A stretch of 64,000 bases of DNA from Desulfobacterales bacterium (GCA_963674755.2 CAXXVS010000001.1:928001-992000); one strand, 5' to 3'. Shown: positions 37,120-46,567, counted from the first letter of the stretch. Notes: generated by a model not told the origin, from the letters alone. Program-made: numbers and translations.

Positions 37120-37554
37120 TTTAACCAGCATCAGGGTCGCCGGCAGACGCCGGATGATGGTTTCGTTGGTCCGGCCGAACAGGAAGTGTTCCAGACGCCC
37201 TTCCTTATGGGCCAGCATCATGATCAAGTCCACGTGTTCGCCTTCAACGATGTTTTGAATCTCATCCACCGGATTGCCGTCCTTGATCCACTCGGTGATA
37301 ATCAGGCCTTCGGCTTTTTCGGCGCGCACCACGCTATCGATTTCCTCCCGCGCGGCAGCGGCCATCTTAGTAAACTCCTTTTCGAGGGAGGGAACCGGGA
37401 GATTCCATCCGTTGACACTGAAGGGGTCGTGGATAATGTGCAGAATGTGCAGTTTCGCTCCGTACTTGCGGGCCAGGGAAATGCCGCAGCGCAGCACCCG
37501 GATGCAATGTTCGGTGGAGCGGCTCACAACGAGTATATTTTCAAATGATTCCAT
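37117..37554 (-). CDS. universal stress protein (Usp)
   Basis: 'ENILVV', 'AKLHILHII', 'GNPVDEI', 'DLIMM.AH', 'LFGRT.E.IIR..P..L.LVK'. Confidence 0.9.
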   Translation of the reverse strand: MESFENILVVSRSTEHCIRVLRCGISLARKYGAKLHILHIIHDPFSVNGWNLPVPSLEKEFTKMAAAAREEIDSVVRAEKAEGLIITEWIKDGNPVDEIQNIVEGEHVDLIMMLAHKEGRLEHFLFGRTNETIIRRLPATLMLVK

Positions 37555-37596
37555 GAAAAATTCCTTTCACAGAAAGGACCTGCCCCGGCCGGCCGT

Positions 37597-37965
37597 TCAG
37601 TTGGCGGGACGTCCCGTGATGATGGTGCCGACGATTTTTTCAAACTCCAGCGTCTTGTTCAGGAAGTGGTCGGCACCCAACCGTCGGCACTGCCGCCGAT
37701 ACTGGGCATCATCGAAGTTGGTCAGCATGATGACCGTCATTTGCGGATAGTGTGCTTTGATTTTCTTGAGCAGCGCGGTCCCGGTGCTGCCAGGCATCCG
37801 AATATCGAGAATGACGGTGTCGGGATGAAGGCATTGCACCGCCTCCCATCCTTCCTGAACGTTGCCGGCCTGGCCCACGATTCGGATCTGCCCGGATTCG
37901 GTCAGCAAAGCGGCCAGCCGTTCACGGATGGGTTGAGAATCATCGACGATCAGCACCTGGTTCAT
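37597..37965 (-). CDS. single-domain response regulator (receiver only)
   Basis: 'VLIVDDS', 'ILDIRMP', 'MLTN', 'GAD.FLNK'; RBS AAGGAG. Confidence 0.9.
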   Translation of the reverse strand: MNQVLIVDDSQPIRERLAALLTESGQIRIVGQAGNVQEGWEAVQCLHPDTVILDIRMPGSTGTALLKKIKAHYPQMTVIMLTNFDDAQYRRQCRRLGADHFLNKTLEFEKIVGTIITGRPAN

Positions 37966-38182
37966 GACAGACTCCTTTTCAGATGCTTCATAGTAAGGCG
38001 TGCCAACGGTTCCGGAAATCGGTGGCCGTCTGATCTTCGTGTAGGAGGGCTGCGGGAGATCGTGTCGGTGTTTGTCCGACGGCGGGGCGTGACCAAACAA
38101 CGGCGACCGCCTCAAAGGAAAGAAGACGGTGCGCGGTGTTCATGGGGCGATGTGGGGAAACAATGGCAGGCGGGGCGGCGGC

Positions 38183-38815
38183 CTACGTCACCAGATCGTT
38201 TTGAACGGCATAATGGATTAATTCGGCGTTGTTATCCATGTGCATTTTTTCCAGAATACGGGTGCGGTAGGTGCTCACCGTCTTGACGCTCAAGGCCAGG
38301 GATTCGGCAATCTGGGACACGGTCTTGCCCCCGCCGATCAGGCACAGGACCTGATATTCCCGGTCGGACAAGGCCTCGTGGGGCAGCTTGCTCGTATCCT
38401 CGTCCAGGGCAAAGGCGATTTTTTCCGCCAGGGACGGGCTGATGTATTTACCGCTGCGGTGCACCTTGCGGATGGCCTTGATCAATTCGTCGGCCGCGCT
38501 TTCTTTGGTGAGATAGCCCGATGCGCCGGCCTTCAGGATCCTCAGGGCATACTGGGCTTCCGGGTGGACGGTCAGAATGATGACCGGTAGCTGGGGCTTT
38601 TCGATCTTGAGTTGTTTGAGCACGTCCAGTCCGTCCATGCCCGGCATGGTCAGATCCAGCAAAATGACGTCGTAGGCCTGCTGACGCACACGGGTCAGCA
38701 GTTCGGCCCCGTTGGACGCCTCCTCCGCTACCGTAATACCGGGGTCCTCCATAATGATTTGTTTCAGGCCGGCGCGCACGATGGGGTGGTCGTCGGCGAT
38801 AATAACCTTGATCAT
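38183..38815 (-). CDS. NarL/LuxR family response regulator
   Basis: Receiver 'IADDHP', 'LDLTMP'; LuxR HTH 'LSDREYQV...IAESLALSVKTVSTYR'. Confidence 0.95.
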   Translation of the reverse strand: MIKVIIADDHPIVRAGLKQIIMEDPGITVAEEASNGAELLTRVRQQAYDVILLDLTMPGMDGLDVLKQLKIEKPQLPVIILTVHPEAQYALRILKAGASGYLTKESAADELIKAIRKVHRSGKYISPSLAEKIAFALDEDTSKLPHEALSDREYQVLCLIGGGKTVSQIAESLALSVKTVSTYRTRILEKMHMDNNAELIHYAVQNDLVT

Positions 38816-40602
38816 GGGGTTGTTCCTTTCGCGGGAATGGGGAGGCGCACCGTCACACAGGTGCCCTGGCCGGGCCGGCCGTCAAAGGAAACGCTGCCGT
38901 TCCAGGGATAGAGCCGCTCGCGGATGCCGAGCAAGCCAAAGGCCTTAGGGTTGTCGATCTCCGCTTGCGTGATGCCGCGGCCGTTGTCCCGGATTTGCAG
39001 GACAAGGTCATCCGCCTGGGTTTCCAGGCGGACCACCACTTCGTCCGCCCGGGCATGGCGCAGAACGTTGGTCAGGGTTTCCTGAAAAATGCGGAAGAGC
39101 GCCGTGGTCTGATCCTTGGGAAGATCCGGTTCGAGGCCGTCGTGTTCCAGCCGGCAGGCGATACCGCTCCGGTTGCGGAATTCCTCCACCTGCCATTCGA
39201 CGGCCGCGACCAGCCCGAAATCGTCGAGAATCACCGGCCGCAGCTCGGTGGTTACGGTATGCAGATCGTCGAGAGCGCCTGCGATAACCTGGGACATGGC
39301 CGCCATTTTCGTATCGGCCGCCGGACGGTTATCGCCCAGATGCTTTTTGAGCCAGGAGAGGTCCATTTGCAGAATGGTCAGCGACTGCCCCAGTTGATCA
39401 TGAATTTCACGGGCGATGCGAATGCGTTCCTGTTCCAAGGCGTCATTCTGATAGGCCGCCAGACTGCGCAACTGCTCGCGCGAGTGCTCAAGGGAGGCCT
39501 TGGCCCGGGTTTCCTGTTCAATCCGTGTTTGCAGGGCAGCAGCCATTTCGTCAAAGACGCTGGCCAGATGGCTCAATTCGTCACGGCTGCCGATAGGGCC
39601 GATGCGCACGGCCAGATCCCCGGCCGCCAGCCGGCGCGTGGCTTTGACCATCGCCTGGATGCGGCGGAGAAAAAACCGTTCGCCGGCCCACCAGACGAAG
39701 ATGACGGTGATTAAGGCTGTGGTCAGCAGTAAGGCCACGTTGCGGTTGAAAGCGGCTTTTGATGTGGTCAGGGCCTGATCTTCGGGAATCTCCAGCACCA
39801 CGGCGATTTGACGTTCCCGGAAAGAGCTGGCCAGAGGGGCGAAAGCGTTGATGCGGGCGTTCCCGGCTTCGTCGACCGTGCTGAGCGTGCCGGCTTTGTG
39901 GATAGCGATGGCCTGTTGCAAGTCCGGGCTGATATCCTGGGGAATGGACCACTGTCGGGTGTTGACGTCGTAGCGGAGCATACCTTGTTGCTCATCCAGC
40001 ATGCTCAAGCGCGACCCCTCGGGCAGTTCGGCGATGCGGGCGAATATGGCACGGTTCATCCAGTTCAGGTTCAGGGTGGCAAACGCTACCGCCACGATGG
40101 ACTCCTGGGTATCCATGATGGGAAGGGCGACATAAATCACCGGCTGCCCATCGATGTGCTCCCCGTTGTAAGGCTCGATGGTCAACTCCCCGGTTTGCAG
40201 AGAGGTGAAAAGCCAGGCCTTTTGACGGAAATTCCGTCGGTTTGACAAGTCCGCGCTGCCGACCAGCAGGCGGCCGTCGGTCCCGAGCACGCCGCATTCG
40301 GCAATGGCGTTGGAGCGCTGGGCCATATGGTCCAGCAGATTTACCAGCCGTCCGCTGCGATCGTCCGCCAGCCGAAAGGCATCGGCCACCGCTGCCAGAA
40401 GTGTTTGGGTGTATTCTAACTGCTGATTTTCTTCATCGGCGACAGCCTGGGCAAGTGCCAAGGTTTTCTGATAGAGCGTGTCGATCTCGAGCGCTTTCTG
40501 TTCTTCCGCGATATAGAAGATCAGCAGGGCCACGGGAAGAAACGCGGCCAGCACCATCAGATACAACCTTATCTTGAGGCTCGTGCCTCGGAATGTCTGC
40601 AT
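38812..40602 (-). CDS. sensor histidine kinase (Cache-like periplasmic, HAMP, HisKA_3, HATPase)
   Basis: Two TMs; HAMP 'GDL..RI....DEL..LA..FD.M'; 'ERIRIAREIHDQLGQ'; 'FQETLTNV.RHA', 'DNGRG'. Confidence 0.93.
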   Translation of the reverse strand: MQTFRGTSLKIRLYLMVLAAFLPVALLIFYIAEEQKALEIDTLYQKTLALAQAVADEENQQLEYTQTLLAAVADAFRLADDRSGRLVNLLDHMAQRSNAIAECGVLGTDGRLLVGSADLSNRRNFRQKAWLFTSLQTGELTIEPYNGEHIDGQPVIYVALPIMDTQESIVAVAFATLNLNWMNRAIFARIAELPEGSRLSMLDEQQGMLRYDVNTRQWSIPQDISPDLQQAIAIHKAGTLSTVDEAGNARINAFAPLASSFRERQIAVVLEIPEDQALTTSKAAFNRNVALLLTTALITVIFVWWAGERFFLRRIQAMVKATRRLAAGDLAVRIGPIGSRDELSHLASVFDEMAAALQTRIEQETRAKASLEHSREQLRSLAAYQNDALEQERIRIAREIHDQLGQSLTILQMDLSWLKKHLGDNRPAADTKMAAMSQVIAGALDDLHTVTTELRPVILDDFGLVAAVEWQVEEFRNRSGIACRLEHDGLEPDLPKDQTTALFRIFQETLTNVLRHARADEVVVRLETQADDLVLQIRDNGRGITQAEIDNPKAFGLLGIRERLYPWNGSVSFDGRPGQGTCVTVRLPIPAKGTTP

Positions 40603-40807
40603 GTCGTCCCCCCCGCTGGCAGCGTGTCTTTGGGGCTTGATCCGGGCCGGGTACCGGCGAAAGGCTAAACGGCCGGGCTGACGCGCATCTGGGAAACCCA
40701 CTGCTCACAATGGGTGAAATGTATTACCCTAAATAACCGGTTTCTTTTCTCTTTTTCATGGTTGCCGACATCTCGAATGGAGGATTGAAATTAAATATGA
40801 AATGGAT

Positions 40808-40820
40808 AATCAAATAGTTA
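40808..40820 (+). promoter_or_regulatory. IHF binding site
   Basis: AATCAAATAGTTA matches WATCAANNNNTTR exactly, about 30 bp upstream of a sigma54 motif in an AT-rich tract. Confidence 0.6.
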
Positions 40821-40850
40821 CGGTTATAGTGGTTCCTTTGCCAAAATCAA

Positions 40851-40866
40851 TGGCATTGCTTTTGCT
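40851..40866 (+). promoter_or_regulatory. sigma54 (-24/-12) promoter
   Basis: TGGCATTGCTTTTGCT, correct GG-N10-GC spacing. Confidence 0.7.
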
Positions 40867-40905
40867 TTTTCGTTTGCATCATTGATGTATACAAGGAGAT
40901 GCATT

Positions 40906-41109
40906 GTGCGGTTGGTTTTGATTCTGCCCGTTTTACTGATCATGGTGCTGCCGAAGGCCGCCAGGGTTGCCATGGCGGCCGATGATGCCGTGTCGTTTAT
41001 ATTGTCAGGCCATGCTGCCGGGTTGCGCATTGAATCGCCGAAGCTCATTATGCTGGGGTGCGTTCTCGTTTTTCTTGCCATGTGGGCGCGCAGGATACTG
41101 AGCAAATAA
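40906..41109 (+). CDS. small exported protein with PEP-CTERM-like C-terminal anchor
   Basis: RBS AAGGAG plus GTG; signal peptide; tail 'IESPKLIMLGCVLVFLAMWARRILSK'. Confidence 0.55.
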   Translation: MRLVLILPVLLIMVLPKAARVAMAADDAVSFILSGHAAGLRIESPKLIMLGCVLVFLAMWARRILSK

Positions 41110-41125
41110 TAGATTAAGGATCGAA

Positions 41126-41317
41126 ATGGTTCCGGACAAGCATGCCAGAGAAAAAGAACGCCGCTCGGGCATCGACCGCCGCCAGTTTTCCTATGCGCTT
41201 CACCTCCCCGAGCGAAGGGAAAACGCGGATCGTCGTCGTTCCGTCCGCAAACCGGACAAGCACCTCCAGGAAGCCCCGCCGCTGGCGGAATTCGCGCTCC
41301 CGGTTCACCCTTCGTGA
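41126..41317 (+). CDS. small Arg-rich protein with ERRxxxDRR repeats
   Basis: RBS AAGGA; 'ERRSGIDRRQFSY..HLPERRENADRR'. Confidence 0.65.
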   Translation: MVPDKHAREKERRSGIDRRQFSYALHLPERRENADRRRSVRKPDKHLQEAPPLAEFALPVHPS

Positions 41318-42990
41318 GGACCTGATGGTTTTCCCTCCCGTGAAGTACCGCCCTTAGCGTTCTGATCCCTATCCATTGCATCGCCCTTGTGTGGCAAATC
41401 CTTTCCAGATCCGGGTTCAGGACCCGCCGGAAGTTTTGCGGCTTGCTGGGCCGTTGGCTTTAGACGGATACGGATGATGTCTCCGGGATAGATCAAATCC
41501 GGATTGCGGATCTGGCTGAGGCGGGCCAGCTCCGGGTACTGGAACGGGTTTCCAAGATAATGGGCGGCAATTTCCCACAGGGTATCGCCGGCAACGACCC
41601 GGTGGGTTATTTCGCGGCCCGGTGTGGGCCCCAGCCGGTCGGGGGGGGCGACGGGGATGGTGTCCGGCGCGCCAGGGCGCTCCACCGTCAGGGTGAACCC
41701 CGCGGTGTCCAGGTGCAGGATTTCCCGGGGGGATTGCGATCCCGGCGATATCCCGCCGGAAACGCGGCCGGTCTTTGGGGCCGGTGACCCATCCGGGGGC
41801 CCTACGGCTGGGGGCAGCCCGGTGCCCGCCGAAGGGCGCGCTGGTGCCGGCGGGGTTTCCGCGATGACCGGGAAGCGTTCCCGGGTCTGACCATGAGGGG
41901 GGGCTTTCATCGGCATGACGGCTTTTGCCGCTCCCTGGGAGGCCGCCGGTTGTGGATGGGCAGGATGGGCGTTGAGCGCAATGGCGGAGGCGGTTGTTTC
42001 GTCTGGCCGGGAAGGATGCTCCCGTCGCATGAGGCGGTCCCTCCACAAGAAGGCCGGACCCAAACCGACAAAGAGGATCAGGACCAGCAGCGCCGTTATC
42101 GCTACGGCATAGCGTCGCGGTCGATGAGGGTTCTTCAAAGGCCTTGCGGTGGCAACCGGGTGTGCCTCCCGGATACGTGAGCCCCGGGCGGGCAATGGCG
42201 CTGTTCCTATCCCGGGGGAGGGCGACCTCATGGGCAAGCGTTGGGGGGGAACGGTGCGGGCGGTCTTGCCCGCCGGGACCGTGCCCTGTTTGGCGGGGGC
42301 ATGGCGCCGGCCCACGGACGCTCCGTTTCTTACGGGATCCTGCCCGGGCAGGGGGGCCGGTTCCGGGATGGGCGGGTTGCATGGCCCGGTGTCCGGAGCA
42401 GCCTTCGAACCGCTGGATGGCGGCCCGGAAGCGGCGACCGCAGCTACCGTTTTGTCCAGGCCCGGTTTGGGCAAAGGGATGTCCCGGGCCTGTTCCATCT
42501 TGGCAAAGGTGGTGTGCAACAGAATCTGCTCCCCCCGCAGGAGAAAAGTATCGAAAAAGTCCATGGGGCTGTGGGGGCTCAGGGGCTGGCGAATGAAGTC
42601 GGCCGACGGCAGGACATCCTCCACCTCGTCCACCAGAAAGGCGGTGAGACCGGCCGGCAACCGGGTCAGGATCAGTTGTCCCTTCAATAAGGCGGGCGGG
42701 TCGGCCGCCAGGCCGAGCTTGCGCCGCAGGGAAATGACGCGATAAATCTGACCGTGATGGGGCACAACGCCGATGATCGAGGGCGGCGCCTGGGGCAGTG
42801 GACGAATGCGCGGGGCGACGATGATGCGCTCCACCTCCGCCGCCGGGGCACCCAGGCGGTAGGCGGCAACATTGAAAACCACCAGGTGGCTATGATCCCG
42901 GGCGGTTGAGATGCCGCCCGTGGTGGGATGGGGGGGGGAGGCGGCCGGGGGATCGTCATATGGCGATTGCATATCCACAACCTGCATCAT
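41305..42990 (-). CDS. CheW domain - Pro-rich linker - TM - LysM domain fusion protein
   Basis: N-terminal CheW 'LVVF......LG......VERII......PLPQAP..IIGVV.HHGQI..VISLR..LGL...AFLVDEVEDV'; one TM; C-terminal LysM 'HRVVAGDTLWEIA..YLGNP..Y.ELA....IRNPDLIYPG'. Confidence 0.82.
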   Translation of the reverse strand: MMQVVDMQSPYDDPPAASPPHPTTGGISTARDHSHLVVFNVAAYRLGAPAAEVERIIVAPRIRPLPQAPPSIIGVVPHHGQIYRVISLRRKLGLAADPPALLKGQLILTRLPAGLTAFLVDEVEDVLPSADFIRQPLSPHSPMDFFDTFLLRGEQILLHTTFAKMEQARDIPLPKPGLDKTVAAVAASGPPSSGSKAAPDTGPCNPPIPEPAPLPGQDPVRNGASVGRRHAPAKQGTVPAGKTARTVPPQRLPMRSPSPGIGTAPLPARGSRIREAHPVATARPLKNPHRPRRYAVAITALLVLILFVGLGPAFLWRDRLMRREHPSRPDETTASAIALNAHPAHPQPAASQGAAKAVMPMKAPPHGQTRERFPVIAETPPAPARPSAGTGLPPAVGPPDGSPAPKTGRVSGGISPGSQSPREILHLDTAGFTLTVERPGAPDTIPVAPPDRLGPTPGREITHRVVAGDTLWEIAAHYLGNPFQYPELARLSQIRNPDLIYPGDIIRIRLKPTAQQAAKLPAGPEPGSGKDLPHKGDAMDRDQNAKGGTSREGKPSGPHEG

Positions 42991-43146
42991 AGAGGGGCGT
43001 TCGGGAACCTGTCAATGCATGCCTCCGGGCTGTCAGGCCAGGCCAAAGCGCTTCCGGCAGCCCCTGGCGGGCAGCGCCCCTTTCACCCCAGGTGGGGATG
43101 CCGCTTTCGCCTGCCCCGACGGTGAGCGGAGTGCGGTGGGTGCGGC

Positions 43147-43340
43147 TATCGGGCTGTGGATCACCAACAGGTCGAAAGGCAAGGCGCCGTCCGAAGCGAA
43201 ACGCGCAGCAACCATCAGGGTTGCAGCGGCGGTTTCGCGAGGGCGGGACTCACCTTAGCCCATAGGATCAGATGAGAACTCCCGCAGCGCGGGACAACGC
43301 CGCATTGCGGCCTGAGGCGCCGTTTATCCACGGACTGCTA
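43147..43340 (+). repeat. degenerate relative of the MITE-like palindromic repeat
   Basis: GGCAAGGC (43178) ... AACGCCGC (43296) ... GCCGTTTATCCACGGACTGCTA; internal hairpins; right end overlaps the DUF4340 TAG stop. Confidence 0.45.
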
Positions 43341-44345
43341 TGGCGAGATGCTGCCGCCGGCATCGCTCTTGGCTTCTTTTTCGTCCCCCTTCAGATCGGT
43401 CAGGAAATTTTTGATCGGATCGACATCGAAATCGGCCAGGGTGAAAGGATCCCGCCGCAGGGAGGAGCGGGCCGGAACTTCGCTGGCTTTTTCGTCGGAC
43501 GGCGCGAAAATCTCCAGGGTTGCGGCCGCCTCGGATTCGATACGGATGAGATAAGTGGGGTTCGAAAAATCGGCCTTGGGCCGATCGGTCAGATAGGCCC
43601 GGCATTTGAGGCCGGATAAGTCCGTGAGGAAGTCTGTCACTTTTTTATTGGCCACGGCCGGCCCGTTGACGAGCTGCCAGGTGGCCTCCGGGGCCGCCTG
43701 GCCCTTGGCTTCGGTTGCCGAGGAAGCAGACGAGTCTTCCGATGCCTTCGGCGCAGGCACCTTCTTGAGCGTGAAAGCCTGACCGGCGGTTTCGATGGTG
43801 AAAGCCGTAACCGCGTCGGGTTTGAAGGCCAGCACCGACTTGTCGCGCAGGCTTGCGACGGTTTGGTCGAAGTCGTTACGGAAGTTGCCCTGGGCGTGGT
43901 AGACATTGGGATTCCCGGCCAGCATGATATGGGTGTGCCGCATGGTGTCCGCGGCTTTGCCGATGTCAAAGGCCCTTACGACCTTGCCGTCCTGGTAGGC
44001 CGTCACCCGGATTTGATGTTTGTCATCCAAATCGTAGCGGGCATAATTCTGCGATTCCGATACCAGGGCGGTGACCGTGAGGTTCGCCAGGTCGTCGATC
44101 ATCCGGTTGACGAGACGGCCGTCGGCCGGATAATCGCCCGGAGAAACCCGCCAGCTGTCGTCCTGGCGGGTCAAGGTAACGGTATGCTCCCCATGGCGGA
44201 TCTCGATCTTGGTGAGGTCCGTTGCGTTCAGGTCGGGGATGTCCGGCAGATTGTAGGTGGTCCGGTCCGTGCTGCGGAAAGCCAAGTACAACCCCAGGGC
44301 CACAATGACGACCAACAGGATGGCATATTCTGTTTTCACCTTCAT
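43338..44345 (-). CDS. DUF4340 domain protein
   Basis: N-terminal anchor; 'W.V....YPAD...V..M...L..L', 'Y.L', 'IGK', 'LRDK.VL.F' pattern; lies downstream of a GldG-like gene. Confidence 0.8.
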   Translation of the reverse strand: MKVKTEYAILLVVIVALGLYLAFRSTDRTTYNLPDIPDLNATDLTKIEIRHGEHTVTLTRQDDSWRVSPGDYPADGRLVNRMIDDLANLTVTALVSESQNYARYDLDDKHQIRVTAYQDGKVVRAFDIGKAADTMRHTHIMLAGNPNVYHAQGNFRNDFDQTVASLRDKSVLAFKPDAVTAFTIETAGQAFTLKKVPAPKASEDSSASSATEAKGQAAPEATWQLVNGPAVANKKVTDFLTDLSGLKCRAYLTDRPKADFSNPTYLIRIESEAAATLEIFAPSDEKASEVPARSSLRRDPFTLADFDVDPIKNFLTDLKGDEKEAKSDAGGSISP

Positions 44346-44364
44346 GGTGGGATCTTCACTCCTT

Positions 44365-46548
44365 TTAGGATTCCTGGAACATGGCCTGGATACGTTTCTT
44401 GCGGGCGATCCGGCGCAGCCAGACCGCAATACCGAAAAGCACCACCAGAATGGGCAGCCCGACGATATTGAAGGCCTTGGTCAGGGTGCGGGTGGCCGGT
44501 GTAGGATTTTCCAGGGGGTTGAAGCGCTGCTCTTTGCTGCGCATCAAAGCCACGTCGACACGGTTATTGAGATAGTCGATGACGTTCATCATGAACATGG
44601 CGTTCGGGCTGCGGCCATCGGCTTCCAGAACGCTGTCCTGGATGAGTTCCGACGATCCGATCAGCAGGATTTTGGCCGGGACGCTTTTATCCCGGCGCGG
44701 GGGCGTGTTCGCGAAGGCAGAGAGATCCTTGGCGGCCGGTGGGGTGGTTGCGCCATCCGTAGTGGCCGCTTGGGCGTCCTTTTCCGAAGGGCCCGCCGGT
44801 TTTTCCGGGATCGGCTTCCCGGCGAAGTAGCTGGGGAATTCGCCTTCCAGGACATAGGCCAGGGGATAGGCCGTGAGTTCTTCGGCCGGCGGCGGACCGC
44901 CGATTATCGTCGGGTCCAGCGTAATCTGGTCTTTAATCTCCCAGGATTTTTGCGAGGAGGAAAACAGCCGGATCGCCCGGAGGCCGTTTTGCTTCAGACG
45001 CTCCTGGTCCAGCGTCAAGGGGGCCATCCGAAGCGCGATCAACCCTTTGATGGTTTTCATGAAGGGCAGGTCCTGATTGATGTTGGTGCTCTTGATCAGG
45101 GGTGCGAAATAGATGGGCCGCTCCCCGCCGCCCATTTCCGCCGGCAGACGCTGTTTGTAGCAGTCTTCGTCGAGCACCATGGCCCGGTCGATTTTGATGC
45201 CATAGTTGGCCAGGAGTTTTTCCAGCCCCGAGTCGAAGGGTTTGAAGGACGGCCCCGACATGAAGGCGGGTTGCTGGCCCGGCGCACCTTCCACAAAGGC
45301 GTCCACCAGAAGGGCCAGGTTGGTGCCGCGCATCAGGGCCTGGTCGATCTGGTAGAGCTCGTAGTCCGAAAACGGCTCGGTGGGCCGGGCGATGATCAGG
45401 CTTGGCAGGCTTGCCGGAATGGAATCCTTGTTTAGATCGATGTTTTTGAGGGAGTAGCTGTCGGCCACCAGGGTCGTGAAACTGCGCATGCGGGTCTCGT
45501 TGGGGCGTCCGGGCATGGGCGAGGTCGATAGGGTGCCGTTGCTGGCCAGGTACCCCAGGTTTTCGTTGATGTCCACCAGCGCCTCCAGGTTGCCGTTGAT
45601 CAGCTCCTCCATTTGATCGATACCCACCAACTGATACTGGGTGCCGATGACCGGTAGCCGCAGCACATGGATCAACGGGGTCGTGATGACCTTGTCGCCG
45701 TATTCCATTACCAGACCGATAACGCCTGCCCCGGCGCTGAGTTTGGCGTCGGGGATATCCGGCCAGTTGATTTTCATGAGGTCGTATTGCTTAGAGAGCG
45801 CCTCCCCCGCAGGGTCTTGCGAGGGATCGATATAGCGGTAATCGATCTTGTCGTAGGCGTTTTTATTGACCCGTGCGATGATTTCCTCCAGACGCCCGGC
45901 AAAGGCGGGCAGTTCATCCAGCCCCATGTAGGGAGCCACCCTGTCGAGGGACGAAGACTGGAAGAGGGTCACCTTGATCTTGCCCTTCAGGTTCAGAAAG
46001 GCGCTGGTTTTATTGCTCAGCTTCTGGATGGCGGTGGTCAGCTTGTACTCCAGCCCGTCGATGGAGGTAATGGTGGGGATCTGTTCGACCATATCCCCGT
46101 GAATCAGGACCAGCCCCATATAGGCCCGCTTGAACTTGACCTCGTCTTCCTCGATGACCTGGATTTGAACGGGCGAAATGCCATAGTCGTTGGCCTGCTG
46201 CTGGTTCTCACTGGCCTGCTGGCCCACATCCCCTTCCTGAGGGCTGACATTGTAGAATTTGTAGTTGAAGTTGCGGTTGGCATGGAGGGCGTATTCCTCC
46301 AGCAGATCGTGCAGGTAGCGCTCGGTGTTGTTGTGGGGTGCGGGCAGGTTGCGGGTGAAAAAAACTTTGATGGTAAGCGGTTCTTTCAGGTTCGAGACGA
46401 CTTCCTTGCTGGTCTTGGAAAGGGAGTAGATGCGGTTGGCGGTGAGGTCCCAGCGAAAAAAGAGGGTCAGTCCCGCGATGTTGAGCAGGACCAGGACAAG
46501 CAGGTAAATGCCGAACTTGACGTATTTTGCATAGCGTTGTGTGGCCAT
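44365..46548 (-). CDS. GldG-like ABC transporter auxiliary protein
   Basis: 'RWDLT....YSLS..SK.V...L.EPL.I..FF', 'LLEEY', 'LEYKLT.AI', 'N..F.MN.IDYL', C-terminal TM followed by RR. Confidence 0.88.
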   Translation of the reverse strand: MATQRYAKYVKFGIYLLVLVLLNIAGLTLFFRWDLTANRIYSLSKTSKEVVSNLKEPLTIKVFFTRNLPAPHNNTERYLHDLLEEYALHANRNFNYKFYNVSPQEGDVGQQASENQQQANDYGISPVQIQVIEEDEVKFKRAYMGLVLIHGDMVEQIPTITSIDGLEYKLTTAIQKLSNKTSAFLNLKGKIKVTLFQSSSLDRVAPYMGLDELPAFAGRLEEIIARVNKNAYDKIDYRYIDPSQDPAGEALSKQYDLMKINWPDIPDAKLSAGAGVIGLVMEYGDKVITTPLIHVLRLPVIGTQYQLVGIDQMEELINGNLEALVDINENLGYLASNGTLSTSPMPGRPNETRMRSFTTLVADSYSLKNIDLNKDSIPASLPSLIIARPTEPFSDYELYQIDQALMRGTNLALLVDAFVEGAPGQQPAFMSGPSFKPFDSGLEKLLANYGIKIDRAMVLDEDCYKQRLPAEMGGGERPIYFAPLIKSTNINQDLPFMKTIKGLIALRMAPLTLDQERLKQNGLRAIRLFSSSQKSWEIKDQITLDPTIIGGPPPAEELTAYPLAYVLEGEFPSYFAGKPIPEKPAGPSEKDAQAATTDGATTPPAAKDLSAFANTPPRRDKSVPAKILLIGSSELIQDSVLEADGRSPNAMFMMNVIDYLNNRVDVALMRSKEQRFNPLENPTPATRTLTKAFNIVGLPILVVLFGIAVWLRRIARKKRIQAMFQES

Positions 46549-46567
46549 TGACCAACTCCTTATTTCT

